NCBI RefSeq assembly: GCF_006345805.1
Contig: NC_043014.1
Span: 13,578,001-13,642,000 of the forward strand
DNA from: Octopus sinensis
Taxonomy: Eukaryota
Length of the DNA: 64,000 bases
Direction: 5' to 3'
In this document: positions 1 through 12,434 of the stretch, piece by piece
Position numbering within the stretch: the first letter of the stretch is position 1
Layout of the letters: every line of letters begins with the position of its first letter
Notes under the pieces: model-generated
Told to the model about the DNA's origin: nothing
Database searches by the model: none
The model's input: the letters and a program-made list of their open reading frames with translations, nothing else
Made by a program: the position numbers and the translations under genes

Positions 1-1494
1 AGGCCTTGTAAACATAGAGTAGTTGTATACTGTCAATTTAATGTGACAGTCCCATGAAGGGAATCACACCACTACTATTTAGCCCTATCGAACTACTACA
101 GCTTATATTTCTCCGAGATATTTAGAAATGTAATATTTCTATGTTTTATTATAATTGAACATAAAGAAGCACACACAAATTTTATGTATGGTGTGTATAA
201 TTCTTTTTTTTTTGTTTTTTATTCTCTTCATATCTCTCCATATTGCAGATCATTCCCTTACATTTTAGGACCTGCAGTCTTTGTTTTTAATTGTTACCCA
301 GCTCAAGCTTTCATTCTTTTCAGTTCTCTGCCTGCATGAATTTTATTTTGGTTGTAGTATCCCTTACTAACCATTTCATCTTAATAACAATAATCCATTA
401 TCTGTCATTATTCAGAGAACTTTAATAATCAATCACTTCTAATGCTGGAAATATTTAAAGAACCACACAAGAAATATATGTGAATATCAATTTCAGAATC
501 AAAAATTTTTTGAAGTGTTGTTTCATTATTCAATTTTAATTCTAAATATAATGCTCTCATGTTCAGTTGAAATAATTAGTTGAAATAACCAACTATTAAA
601 ATCAAGGTGGAAATTATTTTTTATATCCTGTTATTGCAGAGAGAATAGTTTGGGGGTAAAACCTAGATTTAAATATATGGTGGTTTTTGTGGCTGAGTGG
701 TTTACACCACAGTTCAGCTTTGATCCCTACTAAAGGTAGCCTTTTGAAAACAGCAAGAAGACCCCTAGGAGTCTTTAGAGGATCAGAAGCTAACAAGCTG
801 AAACACTTGCTTCATGGGAGTTCTTCTGTAGATTCCTCCTGTCTGTTCACCCTATGGCAAGTTTCCACTTATTCCTCACTAGCAGTATCACCCGCCGTTG
901 CTCGGGTTTGTTTCGACACTTTAGAATTGGAATTTTTGAAAAGCAAAAATTTTGCATCATGTAGCTTGTTTTTCTCTTTCAGTGAACATTTTGATGTAAA
1001 AAGTTTTTGGTCTTAACATGGTCTGATTTAATTTTTTTCTTCTACGGAATGAAGAGCAAGCCTTCTTCTATCATACTCTCAATGTTGGTCAACTTGCGCT
1101 GCAGGGTCTCGGAGGAGATAGTGTTAGTTGAAGGCTACCAAACCTGCCATACACAGACAACTTCAGCTTTATATATAAAGATTAGTTGACTGTGTAATTC
1201 TCTCTCTCTCTTACTTTCTTTTTGCAGGAAGTACACTTATCTAACTTCTATATCACGTGTGATGAAAGTGGTTCTAAGTGGGACTTAGGGTTTTATTGCT
1301 GTTTCTTCCCAACTAATATACTCATTAGTTTATTGTGTTATTTGTCCCCTCTTTCTCTCCATTTGTTGCTGTCTGTCTCTCAGTCCAGTCATTATGTCAA
1401 ATCTGATCTTTACTTTTGTTTTTGATATCAGTTGTCGAAGAGTCTACTTCCCTGTAAATGATATAACCCTTAGTCATGTCCTTTCGTCAAATGC

Positions 1495-1892
1495 TTACTC
1501 TCTTACTTGTTCCAGTCATTTGACTGCGGCCATGCTGGAACACCGCCTTTAGTTGAGCAAATCGACCCCGGGACTTATTCTTTGTAAGCCTAGTACTTAT
1601 TCTATCAGTTTCTTTTGCCGAACTGCTAAGTCACGGGGACATAAACACACCAGCATTGGTCATCAAGCGATGTTAGTGGGGACAAACACAGACACACAAA
1701 CACACACATATATATGCATATAAATATATACGACGGGCTTCTTTCAGTTTCCCTCTACCAGATCCACTCAAGGCTTTGGTTGGCCTGAGACTATAGTAGA
1801 AGACACCTGCCCAAGGTGCCACACAGTGGGACTGAACCCAGAACCATGTGGTTGGTAAGCAAGCTACTTATCACACAGCCATTCCTGTGCCT
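1495..1892 (-). mobile_element. tRNA-derived SINE family A
   Basis: A-box TGGCTGTGTG, B-box GGTTCAGTCC, internal microsatellite, CAGTCAAATGACTG tail. Confidence 0.85.
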
Positions 1893-2069
1893 AGTTTAAA
1901 AAATTTTTTTAAATTTTTTCCCTGGCATTGATTACTTCCTTCAGCAGGATGTAAACTTTCAATGACTCATCCTGCAAATTCACTTTCTCTTCCTGGTTTC
2001 AGTTCACTTTATTTAGCTCACAAAAATATTCCCAAGAAATGGCACAAATTCTGTTGCAAAATTCCATAT

Positions 2070-2235
2070 GCCCTTAGTGGCCTAGTGGTTAGGGCAGCGG
2101 ACTTGCGGTCGGAGGATCGCGGTTTCGATTCCCAGATCGGGCGTTGTGTGTGTTTATTGAGCGAAAACACCTAAAAAGCTCCACGAGGCTCCGGCAGGAG
2201 GTGGTGATCCCTGCTGTACTCTTTCACCACTCTAA
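2070..2235 (+). mobile_element. SINE family C with tRNA-like head
   Basis: TGGCCTAGTGG A-box, GGTTTCGATTCC B-box; second copy at 26297-26490. Confidence 0.8.
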
Positions 2236-2942
2236 AAGGCGATGGTCTAGCATGGCCGCAGTCAAATGACTGAAACAAGTACAAAAAAAAAAAAAAATAC
2301 CATTTTCTGTCTATTTTGTATTTTAAGTAATAATCTTTTCAAATATATGTACAGGGCCTGTAATTTCGGGCGACCCCTGACCAGTGTTCAACTGGTACTT
2401 ATTTCATTGACCCTGAAAGGATGAAAGGCAAAGTTGTCCTCAGCAGAATTTAAACTCAGAACGTAACAATGGACAAAATGCTGTCTTTATGCTTCAAGTA
2501 ATAATAAATCAATATTCAGTTGTTTTTGCAATGGGGATTTTTCAGGAAGCTGTTACTGTGCCCATTAGATATTCCTAGAACAAAGGATTTCCTATTAATA
2601 AGGTTGTTTTTTTCTGTTTTACTTCCTTTGTTATTTTTTTCTATTGAACAGGATATGTTTTGACACACACACACACACATATAGACTTTTCTTTACTAGT
2701 TTCAGCTCGATAGCTGCAGCCAAGCTGGGGCACTGCTTTTAAGATATTTATACATAAATACATATATATTAGAAAATGTGTGAGATCCTTGGTACAGTTA
2801 GGTATATTTGAAAAAAAGGAAAAGAATGATTTCACTGGTAGTTCTAATCAGTTTAACTAAAATTTATATTATCAAAAAATTTTTAAATAATAAATTAAAC
2901 TGATTAGAACTACCAGTGAAGTCACTCTTTTTCTTTTTTCAA

Positions 2943-2987
<45 letters not shown>

Positions 2988-3021
2988 GTAATTGTCTTCC
3001 CAAATAAATTGCACTTTATGA

Positions 3022-3110
3022 TTGAGGCTCTGATGAAGCTATAAAACGTTACTCAGGCACCCAACTATGAGTCCAATGCATCTTATTGCAGAAACAGCTG
3101 TAAGCTAATG
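3022..3110 (+). ncRNA. Type I hammerhead ribozyme motif, helix II imperfect
   Basis: GGCU-CUGAUGA (3030-36)-AGCUAUAA..UUAUUGCA-GAAAC (3091-95)-AGCU-GUA-AGCU. Confidence 0.65.
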
Positions 3111-3539
3111 AAGTTCATAAGATAATTGTTTATTACTTTGTCATCTCATTTTCTTTTATATATAAAAACTTTATACACTATTAGTTTCACTATTATATTC
3201 ATATTAGATGATATGATAGTGAGCTTGCAGAATCGTGAGAACCAGACAAAAAAAAATGCTCAGTAGCAATTCTTCTAGCTTTATATCCTGAGTTCAAGTT
3301 CTGCTGAGGTCAACTTAGTCCTTCATCTTTTCAAGGTTGATAAAATAAGTTGTAGTTGAGCAATGGGGTCGATGTAACTGACTAACCTCCCCACCATAAA
3401 AGAAATTTCAGGTCTTCTGCTTATAGTAGAAAGAATATTATATTAGGTGAATCTTAGTGTACAAGATGTGTGTTAATCCTCATGTCTTATGTTAATTTTT
3501 TTTCTTTTGTATAACTTTAAGAACTGTAGCTTGCCAAAA

Positions 3540-4080
3540 CTAACAATATCAGACTGATAACCGAAAGTTTAAAGGTTTATATGCATCATTGCTAGTATTG
3601 TTTAATGTTTGAGCAAAACTTAAATCTGAAATTATCCAATCCATGGAGCTGGTGCTGCTTGCTGCTGTATGTTCAGGAGACTTGTATAATTGATGAGTTT
3701 TGTTATCTTTTTCTCTGGAATTCAAATCATCCCATAGCTTTTGCTGGAGAAGAATGATCTCCATCCTTTTGGTATATATATATATATATATATAAAATTT
3801 GTTATCCTGTTTGGTGAGGTTACTCTAGATCTACTACCATATATAGTCATGGATAGGTCACACCAGTGGGCCAGTTGCATCGTTAGTTTGGGGCTGTCAA
3901 AGTAGGTATTTGTAATTGACTCACAGATAAGTCGAACTGTAATCTGGGGAGTTACATGACCCTTTTTTGATGTAAACCCTCTTTCTGCAGATCTGTTTCC
4001 ATGTCCTTCTGCATAATCCACTTCTTACAACTTGAAACCTACTTCATAACTCTTTCTCTTACTCATGATTAAGGTTTGCA
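3540..4080 (-). mobile_element. Decayed pogo-like transposase fragment
   Basis: MSKRKSYEVGFKL*EVDYAEGHGNRSAERGF resembles the pogo/POGK N-terminal HTH; interrupted by (TA)n. Confidence 0.55.
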
Positions 4081-4903
4081 ATTATTGTAATTTTTAAACT
4101 AAAAATTGTGGTTAATCGATGTTGTCATAAAAGACCAATACACCAACTTCGTTTTCTGCTTTCTAGCAAACAGACATCACAAAAACGTTTCAATAACAAC
4201 TTGAAAACTGAAAAGCCCAGGCCTAAGGCACACTTGAGCCCAGGCTATGCACTTGGACGACTAACACACTGCTGTCTGCTTCAGATACCTGTGATGTTAA
4301 TTTAGGACCTATTTTGTTGTTTACAAAATTTACTTCATTGCTATCTTGAGGAAAGATTTTGTGTTGATTTTTACAAAAGGAATAAAAAAAAAAAGCACAT
4401 TTTTCTACTGAGTTTGTTTGTTATGATATGGTGATAGTTTGTGATTTCCAATAGAAGTTAAAAATTGTTAGAGGCTTTCATCTAAGGCACTAAAAGAGTC
4501 GTATACAAAATATTTGTTTCTCTGCTAATATTGACCAGGTATTATTCTACGAAACCTTACATTGTTTGACTTCACATAAAGTCTTACTAACTTTGCCCCT
4601 CCGTGTATGCAATTTTATACCAGCCAAACCATGAATTAATAGACGTTTTGCCTGGTAATATTTTACTGTTGACCATAATTGTGAGGTTCTCTTCCTCCCC
4701 AATTAATATTAATAATCTCTAGTTATTATTTGCTAGTCAGTGCCATTTTGGTGGCCGTCTCTAGTCATCAACGACTTAAAAATGACGAAAGTATTTCTGT
4801 AAGTAATGTTGTGTGACACTGCATTCCTCCATCTTCTTTCTCTTAGTGAACATTGGTCTTAGTAACCCTTCATCTGCTATGCCTTGTGCCTTCCTGTTTG
4901 CAG

Positions 4904-5095
4904 GTAGGGTCCCTACCCGCTACTAATGGCAGTCGCTGGATCTCCTCATGGGTGAAAAGCAATAGGATTGAAATGCTAGTGGCCGATGACTGCTCCGAGC
5001 GCAGTGTGGCATCTTCACGGCCCAGTAGTGCCCCTGGCAGTGCTGTCCAGTCGCCTGTGCACCAGAAGAAAAGCCTGAATCTCTTACCCGAGGTG
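4904..5095 (+). CDS. DNM1L: Drp1/DNM1L exon, variable (B-insert) domain: VGSLPATNGSRWISSW...QSPVHQKKSLNLLPEV
   Basis: ttcctgtttgcag acceptor and GTG|gtcagt donor; phase 0 joins the next exon in frame. It ends in an SP..K..NLLPEV motif like the segment preceding RKLS in Drp1. The 5' boundary could instead be 4908. Confidence 0.85.
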
Positions 5096-8027
5096 GTCAG
5101 TATCCAATAAGTCACCACTGCATGTTTTCTTCATATCTGTTGTCTCTGTGTTTGCTATTTACCCATTTCACTGCTGCTTGCTACCTTTTTTTCATTCCTC
5201 ATTCTCTTTCCATTCTTTTTTTCTCTCCTCAACTAACAATGTTTTATTTGACATTTAACCAAATTAGCTCTAAGTTCAGTTTGCTTTTCCAAAACCAAGT
5301 TTAAATGTAACTCCCCTTTTCATAAAACTAACTTTACGACTAACAATGCTTGCCTCTTATTTACGCTATTCCAGCTTAAAGTAGATTTGAATTGCGTATT
5401 CTTTTGCCCTAATAGTCTTTGTATTGTTATGTGGCCTGATATATTTTTATTCATCACCATCATGTTGTCTCTCTGTGTTGTGTCTACATACCTTTTCAAT
5501 ACTGGGCTTTACAGAACCATCAACTCACAAACACACATGTCCTGTCACATAATGTTAAGGCTGTTCCCATGGAAACAGACTGTTGCAACTTCTGGTATGT
5601 CAGCAATGGGTGCTTCTAAGTGACTAAAATTATATAATTTTCAAAGCTTTTAACTTTGTTATTATTAACTTCTGTGAATGTGATTGTCATTGTTCAGCAT
5701 GCAAAACTACACTGGAGTAGAAAATTCAAGAAAATTCTGACATTTCCATGAGTACGTTTCATGGGTGCCATTTATATGGGACCAAAAGACCTGACCTCTC
5801 TATCACCTATATAAACTATTGAAGTTGAAACTGGCAAAAGTCATACTACCCTTGTTGATATCAGCAGGTTCAAATTCCATTCCTCGTTGGCCTACGTAAT
5901 ACTACATTAGAAAGTTCGAAAGAATGTGTCATTAGTTTGGTTCATGAATTCTTCTCTTCTCAATAGAATTGTCATGTCCTATTATTAGTTTCAAATTTGG
6001 CACAAGGCCAGCAATTTTAAGGGAGGTGGGAAAGTTGATTACATTGAACCCCCTCTCCCCCCAGTATTCAGCTGGTGGTTGTTTTATTCACCCTGAAAGG
6101 ATGATAGGCAACGTTGACCTCGACGGAATTTGAACTCAGAACGTGAAGACGGATGAAATGCCACTAAGCATTTTGCCCAGCATGCTAATGATACTGCCAG
6201 CTCACTGCCATGTCCTAAAATATTATTGCATGTATGCTTCTCTGTGTGTGTGTGTGTGTGTGTATGTGTGAGAGAGAGACAGAGAGATCCAAGACTTTCT
6301 TCGTCATGCTATCAGAAGTTCTAATTCTTTTGAAAGTTGGTTAGATATTTTATGTTGTAACCGTTGCATGGAATCTTGTTCTTTGTCTCAGTTCAACCTT
6401 TAAAAAGAAATTATAACCAGTAACATAGATGACATTGACTTTGCATGTTGGTCATTTTCTGAGATCTGAATTTTCGAAAATAGGCACAGGTTCGTGGTTA
6501 AGATGTCTGCTTCTCAACCACATGATTTCAGGTTCGATCCTACTATGTGGAACCTTGGGCAAGTGTTTGCTACTGTAAGTGCAGGTTAGTCAAAGCCTTG
6601 GGCAAGTATCTGCTACCATAAACACAAGTAGACCAAGACCTTGTGAGTGGATTTGGTAGATGGAAACTGAAAGAAACCCATCTTTGTATGTGTGGCGGGG
6701 GCTCTCTTTGTCTCATCATTGTGTGATAGTTGCAAATAAGTGTTACTGTCATAGAATCAGTGTCATTCTTTTCTGATAATCAGTAGAAATGTGTCTGGCC
6801 ATGCACAAATATTACCTTGCCTGGAAACAGGTGAGAGTTGGCAACAGGAAGAGCATCCGGCCATAGAAAATCCGCCTCAATAAACTCCATCTGACCCATG
6901 CAAACATGGAAGATTAGATGTTAAAATAATGATGATGACAGTAATTTTTGTATGTGTGTCCAAGGAAATGCTGAGCAATGATTTTGGGTAGGCTTGACTT
7001 ACAAAAATGACTGTCTGTAAATTCAAATTTTAACTCCACCATGTTTCAAGCGATCAAACTCTTGTGCTGAAATAACTATCAAAAGACATTTCTAACAATT
7101 TCTATGCCATTTGTTTATTGTACTATAACTTTATCTTCTGTTTATATTAATATTTTGTGCTTTAATTGTTGTAAAGGTGTTGATGTATCATGTTTGTATG
7201 TTTGTACATGTGTAAACACCAATTGCAAATATACCTGTCCTTGTTTAGTGTGGGTGTTTGGTTAAAAAAAAACAGAAAAGAAAATAGTATTAAATGAATC
7301 TGAAATAAATGAATAATAAACTATTTGGGTGAAATAGGTTTCGTTCCAAGGCCCTTAATTGTCTTGAGCATTATAGATGGTTGTTTGGGGTATGCTTTTG
7401 TAGTTGGTAAGCAAGCTACTTACCACACAGCTACTCCTGGGGATGTACTTACATAGTAAGTGACTTGGTCTTAGATTGTGTGCTGAAACAAAAACATCTG
7501 CAACGCAGAAGGTATTTGTGAGCCATTCCAGAACACACAAAAACTGTCAGTTTCACTTCAATGTTTAATTTTCATTTGTGTTGAAATGTTTTCATTGCTT
7601 TGAAACTGCGACCAGCTCACTGACAAAACTTTGTGCTGCATCTGAGAGAGCAACAATTAGTTCATGATATATATGTGTTTGTTTGTGTATGTATGTATAT
7701 ATGTGTGTGTATGTATGCATGTTTGTGTGCATGTATGTACATATGTATGTGAACAGACGCACATATCAGTACATAAACATACATACACATATGCACACAC
7801 GCAGATACATCTACACACTTACATACATAAATGCTCACATACATACGTACATACATAAACACATATATATCATGAACTAACTTGTCAGTGAGTGGGTTGC
7901 GGTTTCAAAGTAACAAAAATATTGTGACACAAATGAAGATTAAATGTTGAAGTGAAACTAATGGTGTTTGTGTGTTCTTGAACGGCTTACAAATGTCTTC
8001 CATGCTGCAAGCGTGTGTGTGAGTGTA

Positions 8028-8277
8028 TCATCATCATCATTGTTTAATGTCCGTTTTCCATGCTAGCATGGGTTGGATGGTTTGACTGGGGTTTGAGAAG
8101 CCAGGAGGCTGCACCAGGCTCCAGTCTGATCTGGCAGTGTTTCTGCAGCTGGATGCCCTTCCTAACACCAACCACTCTGTGAGTGTAGTGGGTGCTTTTT
8201 ACATGCCACTGGCACAGGTGCCGGGGGAGGTTGGCAACGGCTACAATCGGTTGGTGCTTTTTATGTGCCACCAACAC

Positions 8278-8280
<3 letters not shown>
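8028..8280 (-). mobile_element. RTE 3'-end fragment
   Basis: ggatgcccttcctaac / ccatgctagcatgg signature and (CAT)n tail. Confidence 0.85.
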
Positions 8281-8319
<39 letters not shown>

Positions 8320-8438
8320 TTATTTATAAGTTGCACCCTAGTTTTTTTCAGTTAAAATCAGTATGAAATAGTGTGATTTATACAGGAGTAAATTTGGTGT
8401 GTGTGTGTGTGTACACACACGCATACACAAATACATAC

Positions 8439-8490
<52 letters not shown>

Positions 8491-8699
8491 ATTAGTAGGA
8501 TAGAAAGAGGATCAATGAAGTGAAATAAATAGTTATTAACTGATAATTTCAGCTGAGATTGTTTGAAGGAATTCTTTGCATATTTTAGTGTAGAAGAGCA
8601 AAATAGTGCTAATCTCTTACACTTGAAATCAGGTAAGGATTAATGACAGGAAAGGCATCTGGCTGTAAAGCAATGCCTCATGAATATATTCATTTAATC

Positions 8700-9257
8700 C
8701 AGTGGTTCTCAACCAGGGTCCACATGACCATCGGGATTTTATATTAGATTAGGGGGTGGGGGGTCCACACAAGCAAAATAATAGGATATTAAGTAGCCAT
8801 AAAATGAATTTTGATTTTAATGAATTTATTGCAAGAAACGGCTGGGTTTCTTTCTCTGTCTTACGTAGTTCAACCTACACAAGTTAAGCCTTTTGTTACT
8901 GTATTTATTTTGAGATGCTCTGTGTTTCTTTCAATTACTTTAAATATAACAAAGAATTTAGTAAAATAAATTAGTTATCATTTAGCTAGTGTTAGGAACG
9001 TAAAATGTGACTAGGGTTTTAGTGGAAGATTTTAATTCAAAACTTATGAAAATAAGACATTTGTACTACAGAGCCAGAGCTGGTTTCAGCTGGGTTGGTA
9101 ATGAAAGGGTTAATGTTTGAAAAACAAATTAGGAATTTTGAAAGAAGCATCAATAAAACTAGTTTTTAAACCCCAAGCAGCTATGGGAGTCCACGAGGGT
9201 AAAATAGTAATCAAAGGGGTCTACAGGTAAAAAAAAAGATGGTTGAGAAAACCAATG
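8700..9257. mobile_element. Degraded hAT-type MITE hosting the piggyBac MITE
   Basis: cagtggttctcaacc ... ggttgagaaaaccaatg; TSD not preserved. Confidence 0.6.
8888..9109. mobile_element. piggyBac-type MITE of the same family as 45077-45297, opposite orientation
   Basis: TTAA TSDs, degraded TIRs, colinear interior. Confidence 0.85.
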
Positions 9258-9769
9258 ATAGAAAAAGCAAATTGAGTAAATATTATTTACAATGATGATA
9301 CGGCATTGGTCGGTCCGAGGCTATAGCAGAAGACACTTGCCCAAGGTGCCACACAGTGGGACTGAACCCGGAACCATGTGGTTGGTTAGCAAGCTACTTA
9401 CCACACGGCTACTCCTCCTCCTCCTATGTAGTCTTTTTTTTTTTTTTGTAAGATGTCAGGGTGTGATTTTAGATTTTGCTACTGTTTCTAGCAGTTTGAG
9501 CAACCACATGGCTGATCCTTTGTTGGATCGACTGTTGCAGTATTTGTTATGTATTATTACATATCATTGAAGTTGTTTGGTTTTTGGGTGCCTTTCACAG
9601 AGTTCATTCTGTTGTAAGCATTCAGGCTAGCTCTCGAGTTTGACGATAACTTCCCCTACTTCTTTCCACTAGTTTGAAAGGACCCGACAAAAAATAAATG
9701 CATCAATAAAGAGCTTATGGGTGCTTCCCTTCCAATCCTGACTAAACACTAAAAAAATTTAATTCTGCT

Positions 9770-10230
9770 TCTCAAACTCTTCCTCCCTCTTTGCTCTCCC
9801 TCTCTCTTCTTTATTCTCTCTCCCTCTTTGCTCTCCCTCTCTCTTCTTTATTCTCTCTCCCTCTCTCTTCTTTATTCTCTCTCCCACTCCCTCTTTGCTC
9901 TCCCTCTCCTTTATTCTCTCCCTCTTTGCTCTCCCTCTCTCTTCTTTATTATCTCTCCCTCTCTCTTCTTTAGTCTCTCTCCCTCTTTGCTCTCCCTCTC
10001 TCTTCTTTATTCACTCTCCCTCTTTGCTCTCCCTCTCTCTTCTTTATTCTCTCTCCCTCTTTGTACTCCATCTCTCTTCTTTATTACCTCTCCCTCTTTG
10101 CTCTCCCTCTTTCTTTATTATCTCTCCTTCTTTGCTCTCCCTCTCTCTTCTTTATTATCTCTCCCTCTTTGCTCTCTCTCTCTCTCTCTCTCTTCCTCTT
10201 TGCTCTCCTCTCTCTTCTCTCTCTTATACA
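9770..10230 (+). repeat. Polypyrimidine minisatellite (~35-bp degenerate ctccctctttg/ctctccctctctcttctttatt unit)
   Basis: Almost purine-free for about 460 bp. Confidence 0.9.
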
Positions 10231-10789
10231 CACATTCCAAATGGAGACAAACTTTTGATTTGTCAGGTTTTTTGTCTGGGCAGTGCATTGTGTTCTCAAG
10301 CAAAACACTTCATCTCATTTTACTCCAGTCTACTCAGCTGTAAATGAGTAACCCTGTGACTGACTGAATTTCTATCCAGTAGGGAATGTTCTCAATCACT
10401 TATACACCATGGAAAGTGGGCAACTAGCCCTGTGAGTCCTAAGGCTCAAGACTGTAATGCCAAGAGATTGATGATGATGATGATGATAATGGCCCTTGTA
10501 TTTGTGTCTTTGAACATAACACTCATTTCTGTTTGAACCAATCACATCAGGGTTATGAGTTCAACCTAAGTATGGCGATGTGTTTTAAGAGCTTCGTTTG
10601 CAGTCGCTTGGTTCTGAGTTTGATCTCACTATGGTACATATTGGATAAAGCGCTCCCTTCGACACAAATGTCACGTTGAGCCCATAACTTTGTGAATGAA
10701 ATTGAGTAAACAGAAACTGCAGATGGACTGCATCTGCTCTTGGATGGTCAGCTTAATTCATCATCCAATTCAACACGACCAACATGGCT

Positions 10790-11000
10790 TACTCTCTTTT
10801 ACTTGTTTCAGTCATTTGACTGCGGCCATGCTAGAGCACCGCCTTTAGTCGAGCAAATCGACCCTGGGACTTATTCTTTGTAAGCCCAGTACTTATTCTA
10901 TCGGTCTCTTTTGCCGAACCGCTAGGTGATGGGGACGTAAACACACCAGCATCGGTTGTCAAGCAATGCTAGGGGAACAAACACAGACACATGAACACAC

Positions 11001-11052
<52 letters not shown>

Positions 11053-11215
11053 GACAGGCTTCTTTCAGTTTCCGTCTACCAAATCCACTCACAAAGCATT
11101 GGTCTGCCCGGGGCTATAGCAGAAGTCACTTGCCCAAGATGCCACGCAGTGGGACTGAACCTGGAACCATGTGGTTTGTTAGCAAGCTACTTACCACACA
11201 GCCACTCCTGCGCCT
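10790..11215 (-). mobile_element. SINE family A, complete
   Basis: Full head-to-tail match to the other copies. Confidence 0.9.
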
Positions 11216-11489
11216 ATCCACACAGCCACTCCTGCGCCTATCCACACAGCCACTCCTGCTCTTTTGGACACTTTTTAATGAAGTCCGTTCTGTTACGAAT
11301 ATTTGGCTCCTGTATCCAGTCTTAGGATAATTTTATCCTTTTCCTGTCATTTATCTTAAAGACCCTGTAAAAGATCATAGGTGCTGCCTGTCCTCTGGCT
11401 AAGCTTCTTAATGAAAAAAGAAACTAAGTGCTGTCTATGTCTGTCTTATGGGCCACAACACTGATGCGGTTAAGTCGTGATGTTAATCA

Positions 11490-11700
11490 TCATTTAACAT
11501 CTGCTTTCCATGCTGGCATGGGTTAGATGGTTTGATTGGAACTGGTAAGCTGGAGAGCTGCACCAGGTTCCAGTTTGATTTGGCATAGTTTCTATGGCTG
11601 GATGCCTTTCCTAATGCCATTCACTCCAAGAGTATAATGGGTGCTTTTTATGTGCTACTAGCACAGGTGCCACTCACATGACACTGGCAACGGCCTTGGC
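11490..11700 (-). mobile_element. Diverged RTE 3'-end fragment
   Basis: Same 3' UTR signature, degraded. Confidence 0.75.
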
Positions 11701-12434
11701 TATGATTTCAATATTTTGACAAATTAAGATGGTAAGCTGCAGAATCATTTACACCACCAGGCAAAATGCTTAATGGAATTTCGTCTGTCTTTATGTTCTG
11801 AGTTCAAATCCTGACAAGATCGACTTCACCCTTCATCCTTTTGGGGTCAATAAAATAAGTACCAGTTGAGCACTAAGGTCAATGTAATTGACTTATCCCC
11901 TCTCCCAAATTTACTGGCTTTGTGCTAAAATTTGAAGCCAATTATCAAATTTTCTTATAGCAGTGAGCTGGGAGAATCATTAGCACACCAGGCAAAATGC
12001 TTGGCAGCATTTCATCCATCTTTACGTTTTGAGTTCAAATTCCGCTGAAGCCGACTTTGCCTTTCATCATTTCAGGGTCGATAGAATAATAGTTGAACAC
12101 TGGTGTGAATGTCATTGACTCACCCACTTCCCCTCAGAATTGCTGGCCTTGTGCCAAAACTTGAAACCAGTATTTTGACAACTTCAAACTGTGTATGTGT
12201 GTATACTTTGTCTCTAACTTTCACACTTTCTCACTTCCTACTTTGTATCATATCTATCACTCATGCAACCTGCAGATGATGTCCTGTGGCTATTCTCTCT
12301 ATATGAATTAATATTGCTTTGGCTACTACTCTTACCCAAAGGAAAACGTCCTTGCCTCATTGTCTGTCTGTTTCACAAAGTGTAACTATTTTATCTCATT
12401 TTAATTTTTTTGTATTTCTCTTATTTTCTTCAAG

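Noticed and set aside
16-143. Similarity to 28443-28617, and the local pair 41620-41740 / 41965-42090
   Set aside because: Ordinary diverged dispersed or local repeats with no diagnostic structure.
1229-1300. Strong acceptor tttctttttgcag at 1228 as a Drp1 exon
   Set aside because: No convincing donor and no Drp1-like peptide in any frame.
2070-2145. tRNA gene (also at 26297, 30696, 62191)
   Set aside because: A/B boxes continue into multicopy SINE bodies, with no clean acceptor stem or terminator.
5515-5594. 80-nt candidate cassette exon with a gtatgt donor
   Set aside because: Frameshifting, with no homology; such site pairs are common by chance.
9791-10347. Leu/Ser-rich membrane-like ORFs
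   Set aside because: Artefact of the polypyrimidine array.
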